Part shown: positions 52,191 through 64,000 of the stretch, in pieces | Position numbering within the stretch: the stretch's first letter is position 1 | Layout of the letters: every line of letters begins with the position of its first letter | NCBI RefSeq assembly: GCF_009834535.1 | Contig: NC_045696.1 | Location: forward strand, 51,338,001 to 51,402,000 | Direction of reading: 5' to 3' | DNA length: 64,000 nucleotides | Origin: Camelus ferus | Taxonomy: Eukaryota | Made by a program: the position numbers and the translations under genes | The notes under the pieces: generated by a model | The model's database searches: none | The model's input: only the letters and a program-made list of their open reading frames with translations | What the model was told of the DNA's origin: nothing

Positions 52191-53984
52191 GTAGGTCTTG
52201 TGAAATTAATCTCGGTGTTATCCTTAAATGTCTTCTATTTCCTATTAACTTTTGGCTTGAGTCACAAGCCAGAAATATGTGCATGCTATAAAGCCAGACT
52301 TTTATAAAACTATGTCTTTGTTTCTTATCTGTGCGCCCTGGCATGTTGGCACACAAAACCAGGTACTTATTACTATATACATAGCTCATCGTTACTAGGA
52401 AGTGATTTTGTAGAGAGCAGAACCAAGAAAAACAAAACCTCTTCTATTAACCCGAAGAAAAAGAACAGTCAGAGTGAATTGTGATGAAAATCTAAGAAAA
52501 GAGAACCTTTGAACTTCTTGGTAAAAGTTTAATTTGTTTTTTCACAAAAGAATTCTTGTCTGCTTTTTGCCAACCCCATGCTATTAAAATACAGGAGTCT
52601 TACCTCCTCTGATCCTAGTGTTACTTTTGCTTTTTGGGGTTTTTTCACATACTGAGATGTGAAAGCTGTTTTCCTCTGCTAAGGTTACTTTGAAGCACTG
52701 CCATTTTCTTTTATTGCTCAAGTTATTCAGAAGTCGAGAAAATTAGTTTCAGATTCTAACATTTAACTGGCAGTAGGAAAGGAACCAGGATGTAGACTTT
52801 GGGTTGGGGTCCCTTGAAGTGTCTCCGCAGCGTCAGCCTCAGGAGAACGTCACACCGCCTTCCCTCAGGCCTTCAGGGTGTGCTTTCCTTTCCCACTTCT
52901 TGCTCTCCTTTGATCTCTTCCTCTGTCACTGCCAGCCTTAAATTTGAGGAAGGCCAGAGACTTCTTTAAAGGTTTATCTTATTCCCTACAAGCCATTAAA
53001 ATTTCATTCAGAACATGTTACACTTTTATAAGCTTAACCATTCATCTGAATGGAATTACTCTAGAAACAGAATAAATCAAGTTGATCAAATTCTTACATA
53101 TAGGAGGTCAACTTTACTGTCTTTTAGGCAGACTAGAATGTAATGTATGTGGACAGGCATAGCGTAAACACTTTATAAATGTTCATGACTTCATTTACAA
53201 GCTAAATTATCTCTACCAGGACATAGGTGACTGTTAGTCATTCTGTACCGAAGAATATGCAAAACTCTGCCAAGAACCTGATATTGAGTTCTCTGGGGCA
53301 AACAAGTTCCTCTTGGGCCAGAGAAAGCCAAATTTCTCAGGAAAACTGAGTTCAGACGTTTTTATTAAACTATTATTATGAATCATATTTGCATGTGTGT
53401 ATATAGTGAATTGAAGTTTATTGCCAATCACAAAGTGAAAATTCCAAAGGAATAAGTTGCCTAACATAGGCAGCAGTTCCCCCAGTGACAAGGACTTTCC
53501 GGAAAGCCAGGGCTTTATCATGCTTTCCCACATCAACATGCCAGTAAATGGCAACAAAATTAGAACAGCCCCATGCTCAGTGCTCAGGTCACGTTGCTTT
53601 TTTCTTTGACCTGGACACATTTACCTTCCTAGGACCATCTGCGCATTCTCCTTGGGTCAACCCTGAGATTGTTGTTACTTGAACCGAGAAGTACTTATCT
53701 ACTTGACCCGCTTCAAAGCCGCTGGCTCTTTCATAGTAACTGGTGTTTCTTTTGCAATTCCAAGAATGTTCTTTCTTAAAGCCAAAAGTTCAAGGGAACA
53801 ACTCAAGTCTCATTTAATTCTGGATTATCTGAGTTCCCTGGAGGGCCAGAGTCTCCATACAGAATACATAAATTGAAACCATATTCTATTTTTAATCTGT
53901 TTGGAACATACGTACAAAGCCCAATTAATTTGCATGTACATTATGGGAAGACATAACTCTTAACACATGCACACATATTTGTTC

Positions 53985-54035
53985 TTTCTCTCTCTCCCTC
54001 CCTCTCTCTTTCACACACATACACACACACACACC
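53985..54035. repeat. (CT)n/(CA)n compound microsatellite
   Basis: TCTCTCTCTCCCTCCCTCTCTC followed by CACACACATACACACACACACAC. Confidence 0.85.
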
Positions 54036-54322
54036 CAGCCAGACTTTTAAAATCATTACTTTACAGTGAGATTATATAATATATACTTGTAACTGTAATT
54101 GGCTTAGACACAGTTGAATTCCCAAGTTTTGATACTATAATATAGATAATAGGCCAGTGATCATCTTGGTACATATTGCTTTTATTTTCTTGTGCTATTT
54201 CCGTAGGATAAATTCTGAGGAATGGAATTACAGGGTCAAAGATCATGAAATAGAAACTAAAATAAATAAGGCCACTCTTTATCTGATCTTCATTCAAGAC
54301 TTTTTGTTGGTTTGTCCTTCAG

Positions 54323-54440
54323 TATTACAACAAAATGGGACACAGGAAGAAATAAAATGTGTGGATCAAACAAAGAAAATTAAAACAACCAGTTGCAACC
54401 AAGAAATGACGTCATTTGAAATTAATCTGAAGGAAAAAAA
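54323..54440 (+). CDS. QTRT2: QTRT2 coding exon 7 (LQQNGTQEE...EINLKEK)
   Basis: Within ORF 54157..54444; CAG| and |GTAAGG boundaries; 118 nt. Confidence 0.95.
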
Positions 54441-55369
54441 GTAAGGAATTTTTTTTGAGGTTGGATTTTGATTTCTGACTCTTTGATTTCAGTCTGTTTT
54501 AAAACTTTATGTAACTGTTCCCTTTTCAGTTGATGACTTCATAAAATATTTATAGTTGGTTATTGTTTGGGCCTTCTCAAATTCAGTTCCAGCAGAACTC
54601 TTTTTTTCTACAGATGAATCTGTGTACTTTGTCTTGTCAGAAAACTGAGGCTAGATAACTGCTGTTTTAGAAGAGCTGTCAGGAAGATTCGACCAAATCG
54701 ACTGTTTGGTATTCTTCACTCTTTATGCTTACTTTAAATAACGACAGAGTGAAATAAGGATTTCAAGATAAAATACAACAAAAGTCTTAAATTTTAAGGA
54801 ATTTAAGCCATCTTGATTATATACAGATTATAAATCTTGAATAAAATATTTGCCTTTATAAAGAATGAACTAAGTAAGATATCTTATAACTTTGTATTTG
54901 GCCAAAAGTGGTGATAATCAGTGAACCAGTGAGTAGTTTTTCTGTCAGCTTGGTCCACTCACTTCACTGCTGCAGTATTTTCGGTTTTATGTAAAGGGAC
55001 ATTCTAGGGATTCAGACTTATTCATGTCTATCTAGTAACAGTACAGACTTGAAAATTTATGAAAGAATATGAAATTCCTAGTTCTTATTTCTGCTGGGGC
55101 TTGTTGATTGTACGTCTGAAATGGTAATGTTTTCTACATTTAACTTCTTGAAAAATAGCCAAGGAGATATTCATTCATTTTTTAAAACAGGGTAATGTAA
55201 ATGGTTACTACTAAAATTCCGTGTACATTATAGATTTAATTAGTAACTGCAGTATTCTTATTATCAGCACTGGACTTCAAGTTTTGGAGATTTGGCATTC
55301 AGATTGTAGCGCTGCTCATGACTGTGACCTTGGTCAAGTCATGTGACTTCTTTCTAGTAGCTGATACAA

Positions 55370-55600
55370 GGTAGCACACACATTGTGGTTGGCATGTGCC
55401 CAGCAGGGTTCAAGCCCTTTACCATAATAACTCATTTAATTCTTGCAGCAACTCTGTAAGGTAGGCACTGTTATTACCTTGTTACATGACAGATGAGAAA
55501 GCGAAGGCACAGAAGGAGGTGAAGTGACTTTGCCGAGTGAGTTGTGAGCCAGGATCCAGCCCCAGGCGTGGCAGCTCCTGAGCCCTCCCACTCAGCCTCC
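55370..55600 (-). mobile_element. MIR SINE
   Basis: ACAGATGAGAAAGCGAAGGCACAGAAGGAGGTGAAGTGACTTTGCC reverse core. Confidence 0.7.
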
Positions 55601-56053
55601 TTAGCCGTCTTCATCAGTAAAGTGACAGTATAGTGCCCGTTTTCACTGGCGATTGCAGAGATTAAATGAGACAGTATAGGTAGAAGTTTTTTGTAAACTG
55701 CAAAAAAGCTCTGCAAGTAAAAGGTTGTACCGTGTCTTCTAACATTAATTCTGGAGGCGAGTGGGAGAAAAGTGTCATTCATCAGAACAGCGGCTCCTGA
55801 CACTGCGTGCCTCTGCAGTGTGACTGCCCATGCTCAGCAGGAGGGAGTGCGCACCGACTCTTGCTGCTCCTCTGTAAGCCTCAGTCTACGAGGCTGCATC
55901 CATCAGAGGAAGATCCGAGTCTCCTGACTCATTGTGCTCTCCGTTAACTTGGACCACGTTGCTGTCTTGAGCAGTGCCCAGCACTGTGTTTGCCCAAGGT
56001 GTTATTAACTGTTGGTTTTACAGCAGCGGCAGAATAGGTAGCCTGGGTTGTAG

Positions 56054-56335
<282 letters not shown>

Positions 56336-56439
56336 GACCCAGCAAACGCAGTCTGACCCTCACATGGAGCCTGTACCATTGCTGTGACGTGAGAAGAGAG
56401 AGCAAGAAGTGATCTTAGCGTTAATCACTTATATTTGAA

Positions 56440-56445
56440 AATAAA
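56440..56445 (+). terminator. Candidate proximal poly(A) signal AATAAA of QTRT2
   Basis: First canonical hexamer, about 105 nt after the stop codon. Confidence 0.45.
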
Positions 56446-59400
56446 GTCTGCTCGAGTAAGGAACGTCTGTACCAAACTCTGCCCACGTGAGGCTAAAGAG
56501 ACTTCTTCTTAAGACTTAAATGACCTAGATGGATCAGAATCGAAACATGACCTTTAATATTTCTACGCTAACTCTTTTAGGCAACAGAGATTCATTTAGT
56601 CAAAGATAAAAGCTTTAGATGTGAAGGGACAGCCTTGAAGTGAGGAAGATGAGATTCTGAGGGTTCACTGAGTTAGACTGGAGCTTGAAGGGAGATGATG
56701 GGTCAAAAGTAGCATGACCTCTGGACACATGCCTGCTGACCGAGAAGGCATCTGGCTGCTTCAAGTGTTCTCTTCATTTTGATCCTTATATTCTCAGGGG
56801 CCTCTTTTGGACACTTCTGCCTTCCAAGCTGTCCCAGCCGTGCAATCAACCAGAAATGACTTTTGTGACTTAACCAGGCTCATATCTCCATGGAATGTGG
56901 TGCTCACACATTGCCCCAGTGATCCATTGGCCCAGGGCACACTCTTCATTTGACCATATGGTCTTTCTGTGATTTGTCTCCCTAGAGTCAATGCAGTTGC
57001 CTATGAGGAGCTGAAAGTCTGCCTAACTGCTTTCATCTGTTTATACAGATCCACTGTGGTCTGCCCTTCAGGCTCATTCGTAGTCTAACCACATAATAAC
57101 CATAGCTCCATCACTTGGGGAGATTCAGTCACCGTGTGTTTAGTTGGACAGAGCCCTGGCCTGGCAGTTAAAGAACTGGGTTTCAGTTTTACTCAGCTGT
57201 GACACTTGGGCAAATCATTAACCTCTCCATGCCTGTTTCCTCCGGATTAAGTGGGCACAGGCATCGTGGATGGGAAATGTCTAAGATTCTGTCTAGCTCT
57301 AATCTTTGGGGAACAAGAAGTTTTAGGTTAGAGCTGTAGCCTTACTTGTGTCCTTGTTTATTGATCACTATTGACCCGATTTAAAAAAAAAAAAATGCAG
57401 TGGTGTCAGGACTCGGGCAACAGTAGAGATATCTGAGAGCCTAAAAAGAGATTTGGCCTGTGGATTTTAAAGTGGTTGGTAAATCAGCAGATCCTGAGGC
57501 TGGGAAGAACTTCCCTGATCACCTCTGATTCTATGAATTTTTTTTCTGCTCTCATTAGAGGAGTGATGTTCATGTTGATGGTGTGACAGGTGTTTTTTAT
57601 TTTCTTTGTGCTTTTCTATATTTGTCAAGTCTTCTGTAAGTATATACATACATGCACGTGTACATACATAGTTTTTATAAAAACAGCCGCAGAACCAAAA
57701 TGACGCCTTTGTTTTATTTATACCAGTGTGAAATATATTTGTCTTACATTCTTAAGCTATAGTTTTCTGTTTGTTCATTTTAGTGGGCATTACTGAACAT
57801 TGTTTTTAATAATTTTGTGGTTACTGTACTTTTATGTGTTGGGTGCCCCTCGATGTGGCTTTATTAGTGCTTTAGGAATGCCCATGAATTTCAAAGTTAA
57901 TAAATTCTGGAATTCATAGATATTCCTATAACCTCTCCAATGAATGGCAAGGGTACTTATGAAAGAAAAAGTTTCTATTATCAGGGATCTGATTGTTTTG
58001 AAATATATTGGATTGGACTTGTTCATATATTTATATTCCTGTTCAATTCCAAACCCATTGTTGGAGGAATATTAGTAAATATCCCAGAATCATATAAAAT
58101 TTAGGAGTTTTATTTGTGTATAAAACACTGAATTCTGCCCAACATTGTCCATTTTTCTCGGTCTTTTTCTTATTAGCACATTTGAAAAAAATGTTTCTTT
58201 CTTTTAATGTAAATCTATTAAGGTCAATAGCCAAAAACATTTTTAATTAAAAAAATATACTAGTCTGGTTTCTTGTAAATAGTAATGAGTCTATTAAACA
58301 AAACATTAAATTTCCATGGTACCAGAAATGTTCTCCATTAGAAAAGAATTTTTTCTATGTTTACTCCATCTGGAGTCATTGTTTTAAATGCATTCACATT
58401 TAAATGCAGAGTCCAAGAAGGAGATTCAGGGATGCACCTGTCTCTTTAAATTATATAATCAGGGGCCTTGAGGCTGTGCTAGCACATAATAAAAAAATAA
58501 TAAAAGTCGCAATCTATGGGAGTACTTTATACGTGCCAGGCATCTTAGGAAATGCTTTCCATACATATCTCATTGACTCTTAGAACGTGGCTGTGAGGTG
58601 TTGATATTCTTATTCCTATCCTGAGTTTTTAGGAAGGTTGAATAGCCTGCCTGAGGGCTTACCAGGCATTTCTGTAAGGGGGAGTCATTTGCCTAAGGCC
58701 CCACCGCCAATCACCTCCCAGGTTAGACTTGGCGCCACCTGACTGTAACTCAACGGTTAACCACTGCACTGGCTCCTTGTGACTTGCTCCTGAGTTGCAG
58801 GGGCTACGAGAAGCAAGGACTAAATAGAGGAGCCTTCTGGCCCTGAGGTATAGGGTGCTTCCGGAGCTTTGCTACAGCTCGGTCCTGGCTCCCACTCCGG
58901 GGGGGAATAGCTGGCACTGGCTTATGTAGCCCACGGTACCTTGCTGGCACTGGTAGGTCTGCTGGTGCTCATCCCTCCTGCCCCTACTCTGGGGACTAAT
59001 CACACCTTGAATGGAATTGAAAGGGTTTGGGTCTGTGATCAGTTAAAGTGGATTCTTGGGGAGGAATATTTTATTATGCCTGTATGCCTTGGTGGAGGAA
59101 TATTTTAATATTCTCTGGGAATAAAGGGAAAAGATTCTTTTAAAACATTTTTTCAAACCAAATACTTGTGTAATTAAAGCATTTTAATAAAAATTTCAAA
59201 CAAAGACCATCAAAAGGTCAAGACGGGAGTGTGTAAGCAACCGTCTTAGCCAGGATGTTTTTTTTTGTTGAGGCAGCTTGGAGCTCACTGAGACACCACA
59301 GAGTTAAATGATTATCTTGTGCCTTCCTGATTAGAAACAGGCTGCTCTCTGCAGTTTGATTAGTCTCATTCGTAGCTACGGGATTACAGCTTATTAAAAC

Positions 59401-62400
59401 TGACAGTGCTGTGTAGGGCAGGGAGCCAGGAAGGTCAGCCTTACATGCTGGGCGAGCCACCAGCAAGGCTCTGACTTTATCTGAAGGTTTGGTGTAATTG
59501 GCATTTAATTTTTTTTTTCATTTCTTCTTTTTTTTTTTCTTCCTCCTTTTACACCTTTTCTCTCACTTCTTCCTCATGGGAGATCTTGACTTATGACAAC
59601 ATAACCCAAATAACAGTTGGGCAAACAAGAAAAGCAAGCCCAGTGTAAGCAGCATGAATTAGGGCAACCATACACCCTTGTTGCCCACAACAGTCCTGCT
59701 TTATGCCTGTGGTCCAGGCATAATTACTAACAGCACTCCCTTTTACTCTCAAAAGTGTGCCACTTTGGATGTGGTCACCCTAACGTGAGTGGTAGGGATG
59801 GTCAAGCTAGACAGCAGATACACCATCTAAATGGGACAGCTGCTACCCACCTCTCGCTAATTGCTGCTGTGAGTCCAGTGCTGTCAGACCTTTCAGACTC
59901 TCAGAGAAGCCCCCAAATCTGGATTTTCAGGCAAAAGCTCAGGAGTTTTAAATAGCCAGACAAATACCTCGGTGTGCCTAGTCTCCCACCTGTGGTGGAG
60001 AATCTGGAGGGAAGACTTTGGCATCTTTCACATTTAAGAGTTTCTCAATGATGCATCAAAATATATAGAAAAAGCACCTAGAGTTTGTAGCTCCTGCAGC
60101 TGATTATCAATTCCCACATTGAGATCCCCGTGTTGTGCCAACTCCCTGGCATGATCCCCAGGTAACTCCCAGAGCCTTTCTAAATCTGCCCAAAGGGAAG
60201 GATGTATCACCTTACTTGAGGGATGAGAACTGCTAGGCCTGGAGAAGAAAGACGAGCAGTCACTTAAGGAGGTTAAACAGACACATATTTCTTTCCAGTT
60301 GGCGTTCTGGCTCTCCTGCATCCTACCCTCTTATCCCTGGGCTGTGCCCTTCCAGGGTCAGCAGTGATTTCCCAGTACTCACTTTCCAACAATCCTTTCT
60401 GACTCTCAAGACCAGTCGGTACAAGGACCTGAAGGGCTCCTCTTGCCCCTTCTGCCTTAAGAGCAATAGTCCTGGCTGACACAGTAAGAGCTCGATTACT
60501 GTTTGTCAAGTGAAAGAATACTCTCAGAGCAACGGAGGCATTATCTTCAGATTTTCCGCCCGCTGAGTACTGGTTAGACGTGACTGGCACAGCAGTACGT
60601 GGTAGGACCTAGTCTTGTCAGGGGCGGTTTCATCTCCCTTTACACTAGACAAGCTCCCAGAGACCTGACACATTTTTATTTTCTTCTTTTTCTCTGCTCC
60701 GCTTTCTACCATTAGCATCTTCCAGTGCTGGCCTCAAAGCAATTTCCCCTGCTCTGACAAGAGGAACTCATGAAGTTTTCTTTTGTTCTCATTCCTCACA
60801 ATCCACTTTGAGACCAAGTTGAAGTTGCCAAGGAGTTGAAAAGGCCGGGCTCCCACCGGTAAGATTCAGAGAGGGATTAGTACGTCCCCTCTGCACTCTC
60901 TCACTAATGTTCTCTTCTTTCCCTGAACTGCCGTCCCCTGCTGTCTGCTCCTTTGTCTGAGAAACACATTTTCTCTTATTATTACCTTGTTCCTTGCCTC
61001 TCTCGGATGGCTTCGGAACAAAATCAAGATGTGGCTATTCATGGTCTTCTCTTTCTTAACAGCTTAGAGTCACTTCCTTTTATTTAGTCCATTTTCCCTT
61101 CCCTCGCGAACAACATAGTCACCTCTGCTTCAAATAAAAGTTTCAAAACCATTTTATAACTACTGCTTTATAGTCACTATCAATAAGGCACAAGAGGGAG
61201 GAGATCAAAGTAAGGGAAGAGAAACCAAAAGATTGAGGGGCTGAGGGAATTTCCAATAACTGAGAAACAGGGCAAGCATCTTTAGGACCCTTTCATGAAC
61301 AAATTAGGCAAGATTAGCCCTCAAGCCTGAACATTACAAGCCCAATGGTCAGGTGAAGTTTTCCTCTAATTTTTATGAACAGAATGGGAAGATGGTCTCC
61401 CCTCTGATGATCTGTTTTCCTTTCAAACAGGTAAAGATAGTGCTTAGGACCATCCCAGGACCATTGATGTTGGTCATAAATCCTTTCACAGAACTTAATT
61501 ACATAATAGAGATGAGTTTTCTAAGTCACACCTCTAAAAAGCTGAAGTATTCACCCACATTTTCCAGCATTTTCCATTCCCTACTCATTTATTCGTATTT
61601 TTGTTTAACAAACTTGTATTTTCATCACAATTCCATTTATCATTCCCCAGGATGCCTGCTGAAAAACAATACAAACTATGCAAATATATTCAGTTCCCCA
61701 CATAGTAATTACACATCAAAAGAGAGAGAGTGACAGAGTAGGTTCAATTTTTTTCTTTTTTTACCCTGTATCTGACTTTGGTTAGACTCCAATTTCATGT
61801 TGTTTGAATAGAAAAGTCGCTTCCAGTCATGTTAAAAAGTCCAACTTCATTTTTCTACTTGAACATTCAGCTATTATCGCAAATCCAACATGTCAAAAAC
61901 CAGATTTATTATCTACCTTCCTTCAATCAAACTTGTTCTCCACTTCAACTTCCTTGCCTGTCAATGGCACCTGTCTACTAGTCAATCCAGCTGGAAAACT
62001 TATTCCCCAGATGAATGATATACTTCATAAAAGGGACGGAGGTAAGATATTTTAAGGGAGAGATCAACAAGACTTGATGAGGGGTTCAGAGGATGCTGCT
62101 TAAGGCATGACTCAAGGAAGACTATCACCTGTCCTTCCCTCAACCCCTTCTTGCCCGATCTCTCCTTTAGTTGTACTAGTCACTGCTACCAGGCTAAGCT
62201 GTCACAAATGTTATCTTCATTGAGATACTCCCTGGCTAAAAACCTGCAATGGCCCCCCAGTGCTATTGAGATCAACACTAAGGTGGCTGTATGAATTTCC
62301 AGGCCCGTCATAATCTGATGCTATCCAATCACCATGGGCTTTCCCACTTTTCCCAATGGTCCTCTTAACCCTACCGTTCTTCAAGGTCCAGCCCCAGAAC

Positions 62401-63560
62401 AAAATCTCCCATAAAAACTTGCTTGTCTAGAGCCCTAGACTCTCAGGATTGGAAGAGGAGGAGCTTCTATTCTGGCTTCCCCTTTTCATAAAGGCGCCAA
62501 CAACCAGTGCTCTAGGATCTGGTTTGCTCCAACCTACAATTCTGTTAAGCCTCATCTCCCAACCAGAGCATCAGCTCTGTGAGGGAAGGGTAATTCCTCA
62601 ATATTTTCCTTGTCTGCAGCCTGCCCCAGCCTGCAATAATTGAAGGGGGAACATGAGGCTAGTCTTCTTCCCACCACATGCCTCTGTAGTATGCCCTCTG
62701 CTCCTTTGTCTTTCACGCATTGCTTGTCGCATTCCTCTTTTCATTGTGATTTGTTCAGTATTTCCTGTGTTCTAGCACATTGCCTTCTTTACTGTTCATG
62801 GTAAACCTCTGAAGTCAATAATCTCCCATTTATAAAGGAGAAACTGGGGCTCAGGTTAAGTAACTTGCTCAAGGATACAAAACAGGAGATCTAGAATTTG
62901 AACTGGGGCTCTGAAGCCCAGGATTTCCCACGTCATTCCCTGACCGCCCTAAATTGAGAGCATCTGCTCTCCTTTGGGAATGAAGGTCAGAGGTAAGTGA
63001 AGGCTTATGCCAAACCAAATGTCCTTGTGTCATCATCTCCTCTCCTGTTTGCCCTCTGGGCTACCCCCCATAATGACTCCCTGTTGCTCTAGGACACGTA
63101 AGTCAGGATTGACTTAGTAGCTGTTTTCTTTTCCCTTTCTGGTCCCAGAAATCTGCAGCTGCATTTTAATGATGAGAGGGCTGAGGAGTCACCTAGAGAT
63201 GGTAATTTTGTTTTGGTCAAAGTCTCATACATTTACATACAAATGAAACAAAGGGACATTTAAATTGTAGAAAGGGGGAAAAATTAGCTTAGCTTTTCTC
63301 CTTGTCAAAAAGAGGATTCTTTGGTGACACAGAGTATATAATAATAAAATAATTTATCAACCTCCCTCATTTTATACATAGAGATAGAACCCAGGCCCAG
63401 ACAGAGTATGACTAACCCAAGGTCCAATAGGAAATGAGGGGCAAGACTGGCACAGGAGTGTAGGTTTCCTATCTCAGCCCTTCTCCCTGCCCCATCTCTT
63501 GTTCTGCCTCTATGCAGCCTTAGTTCTCTTAAACAGCTCCTACGTCATATACTGGGTGCT

Positions 63561-63940
63561 TGTGAAGGTTAATTTTATGTGTCAACTTGACTGAGCGAAG
63601 GGATCAAGGGATGCCCACATAGGTGGTTAAACATTATTTCTGAGTGTGTCTGTGAGAGTGTTTCTGGAAGGGTTAGCATTTGAACCCACAGGCTGAGTAA
63701 AGATCTCCCTCACCAACGTGGTGCGCATCATTCAATTTCTTGGGGGCCTGAGTAGAACCAAAAGGTGGAGGAAGGATGAGTTAGCTCTATTGTTGAGCTG
63801 GGACATCCATCTTCTCCTGTTCCCCAGATATCGATGCTCCTGATTCTCGGCCCTTTGGATTCAGATTGGAACTTACACCATTTGTTCTCAGGACTTTGAG
63901 TTTGGACTGCAATTACACCACTAGCTTCTCTGGGCCACCG
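63561..63940 (+). mobile_element. MLT2-type (ERVL) solo LTR
   Basis: Begins TGTGAAGGTTAATTTTATGTGTCAACTTGACTG...AAACATTATTTCTGAGTGTGTCTGTGAG, matching the recalled MLT2 5' end. Confidence 0.85.
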
Positions 63941-64000
63941 AATATATATGTATCTCCTTACCATCCCAATTCTTTCCAATACCTAGCATTTACTCATTCA

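Noticed and set aside
58799..58932. GGGCTAC...GTAGCCC short inverted ends suggesting a MITE
   Set aside because: Only 7 bp of complementarity and no clear TSD; compatible with chance.

Overview
Mammalian genomic DNA, most likely a camelid, judged from five tRNA-Ala-derived Vic-1-like SINEs. Two genes lie head-to-head around a CpG-rich bidirectional promoter at about 36.3-37.1 kb. CCDC191 (KIAA1407) is on the minus strand: coding exons 1-8 run from 36593 down to 3596 and the gene continues off the left edge. QTRT2 (QTRTD1, queuine tRNA-ribosyltransferase accessory subunit) is on the plus strand: 8 coding exons from 41694 to 56335 join into an intact 1248-nt, 415-aa ORF, provided one intron is GC-AG. 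The rest is intronic or intergenic sequence full of L1, L2, L3/CR1, MIR, DNA-transposon and LTR relics. I found no evidence of a new biological system. The most notable details are the atypical GC donor, an RFX X-box plus ZNF143 motif in the shared promoter, a perfect 20-bp hairpin, an internally deleted L1, a tiny L1 insertion carrying a microsatellite, and a solo LTR nested in MER2. Gene and repeat-family names come from recalled sequences, not database searches.
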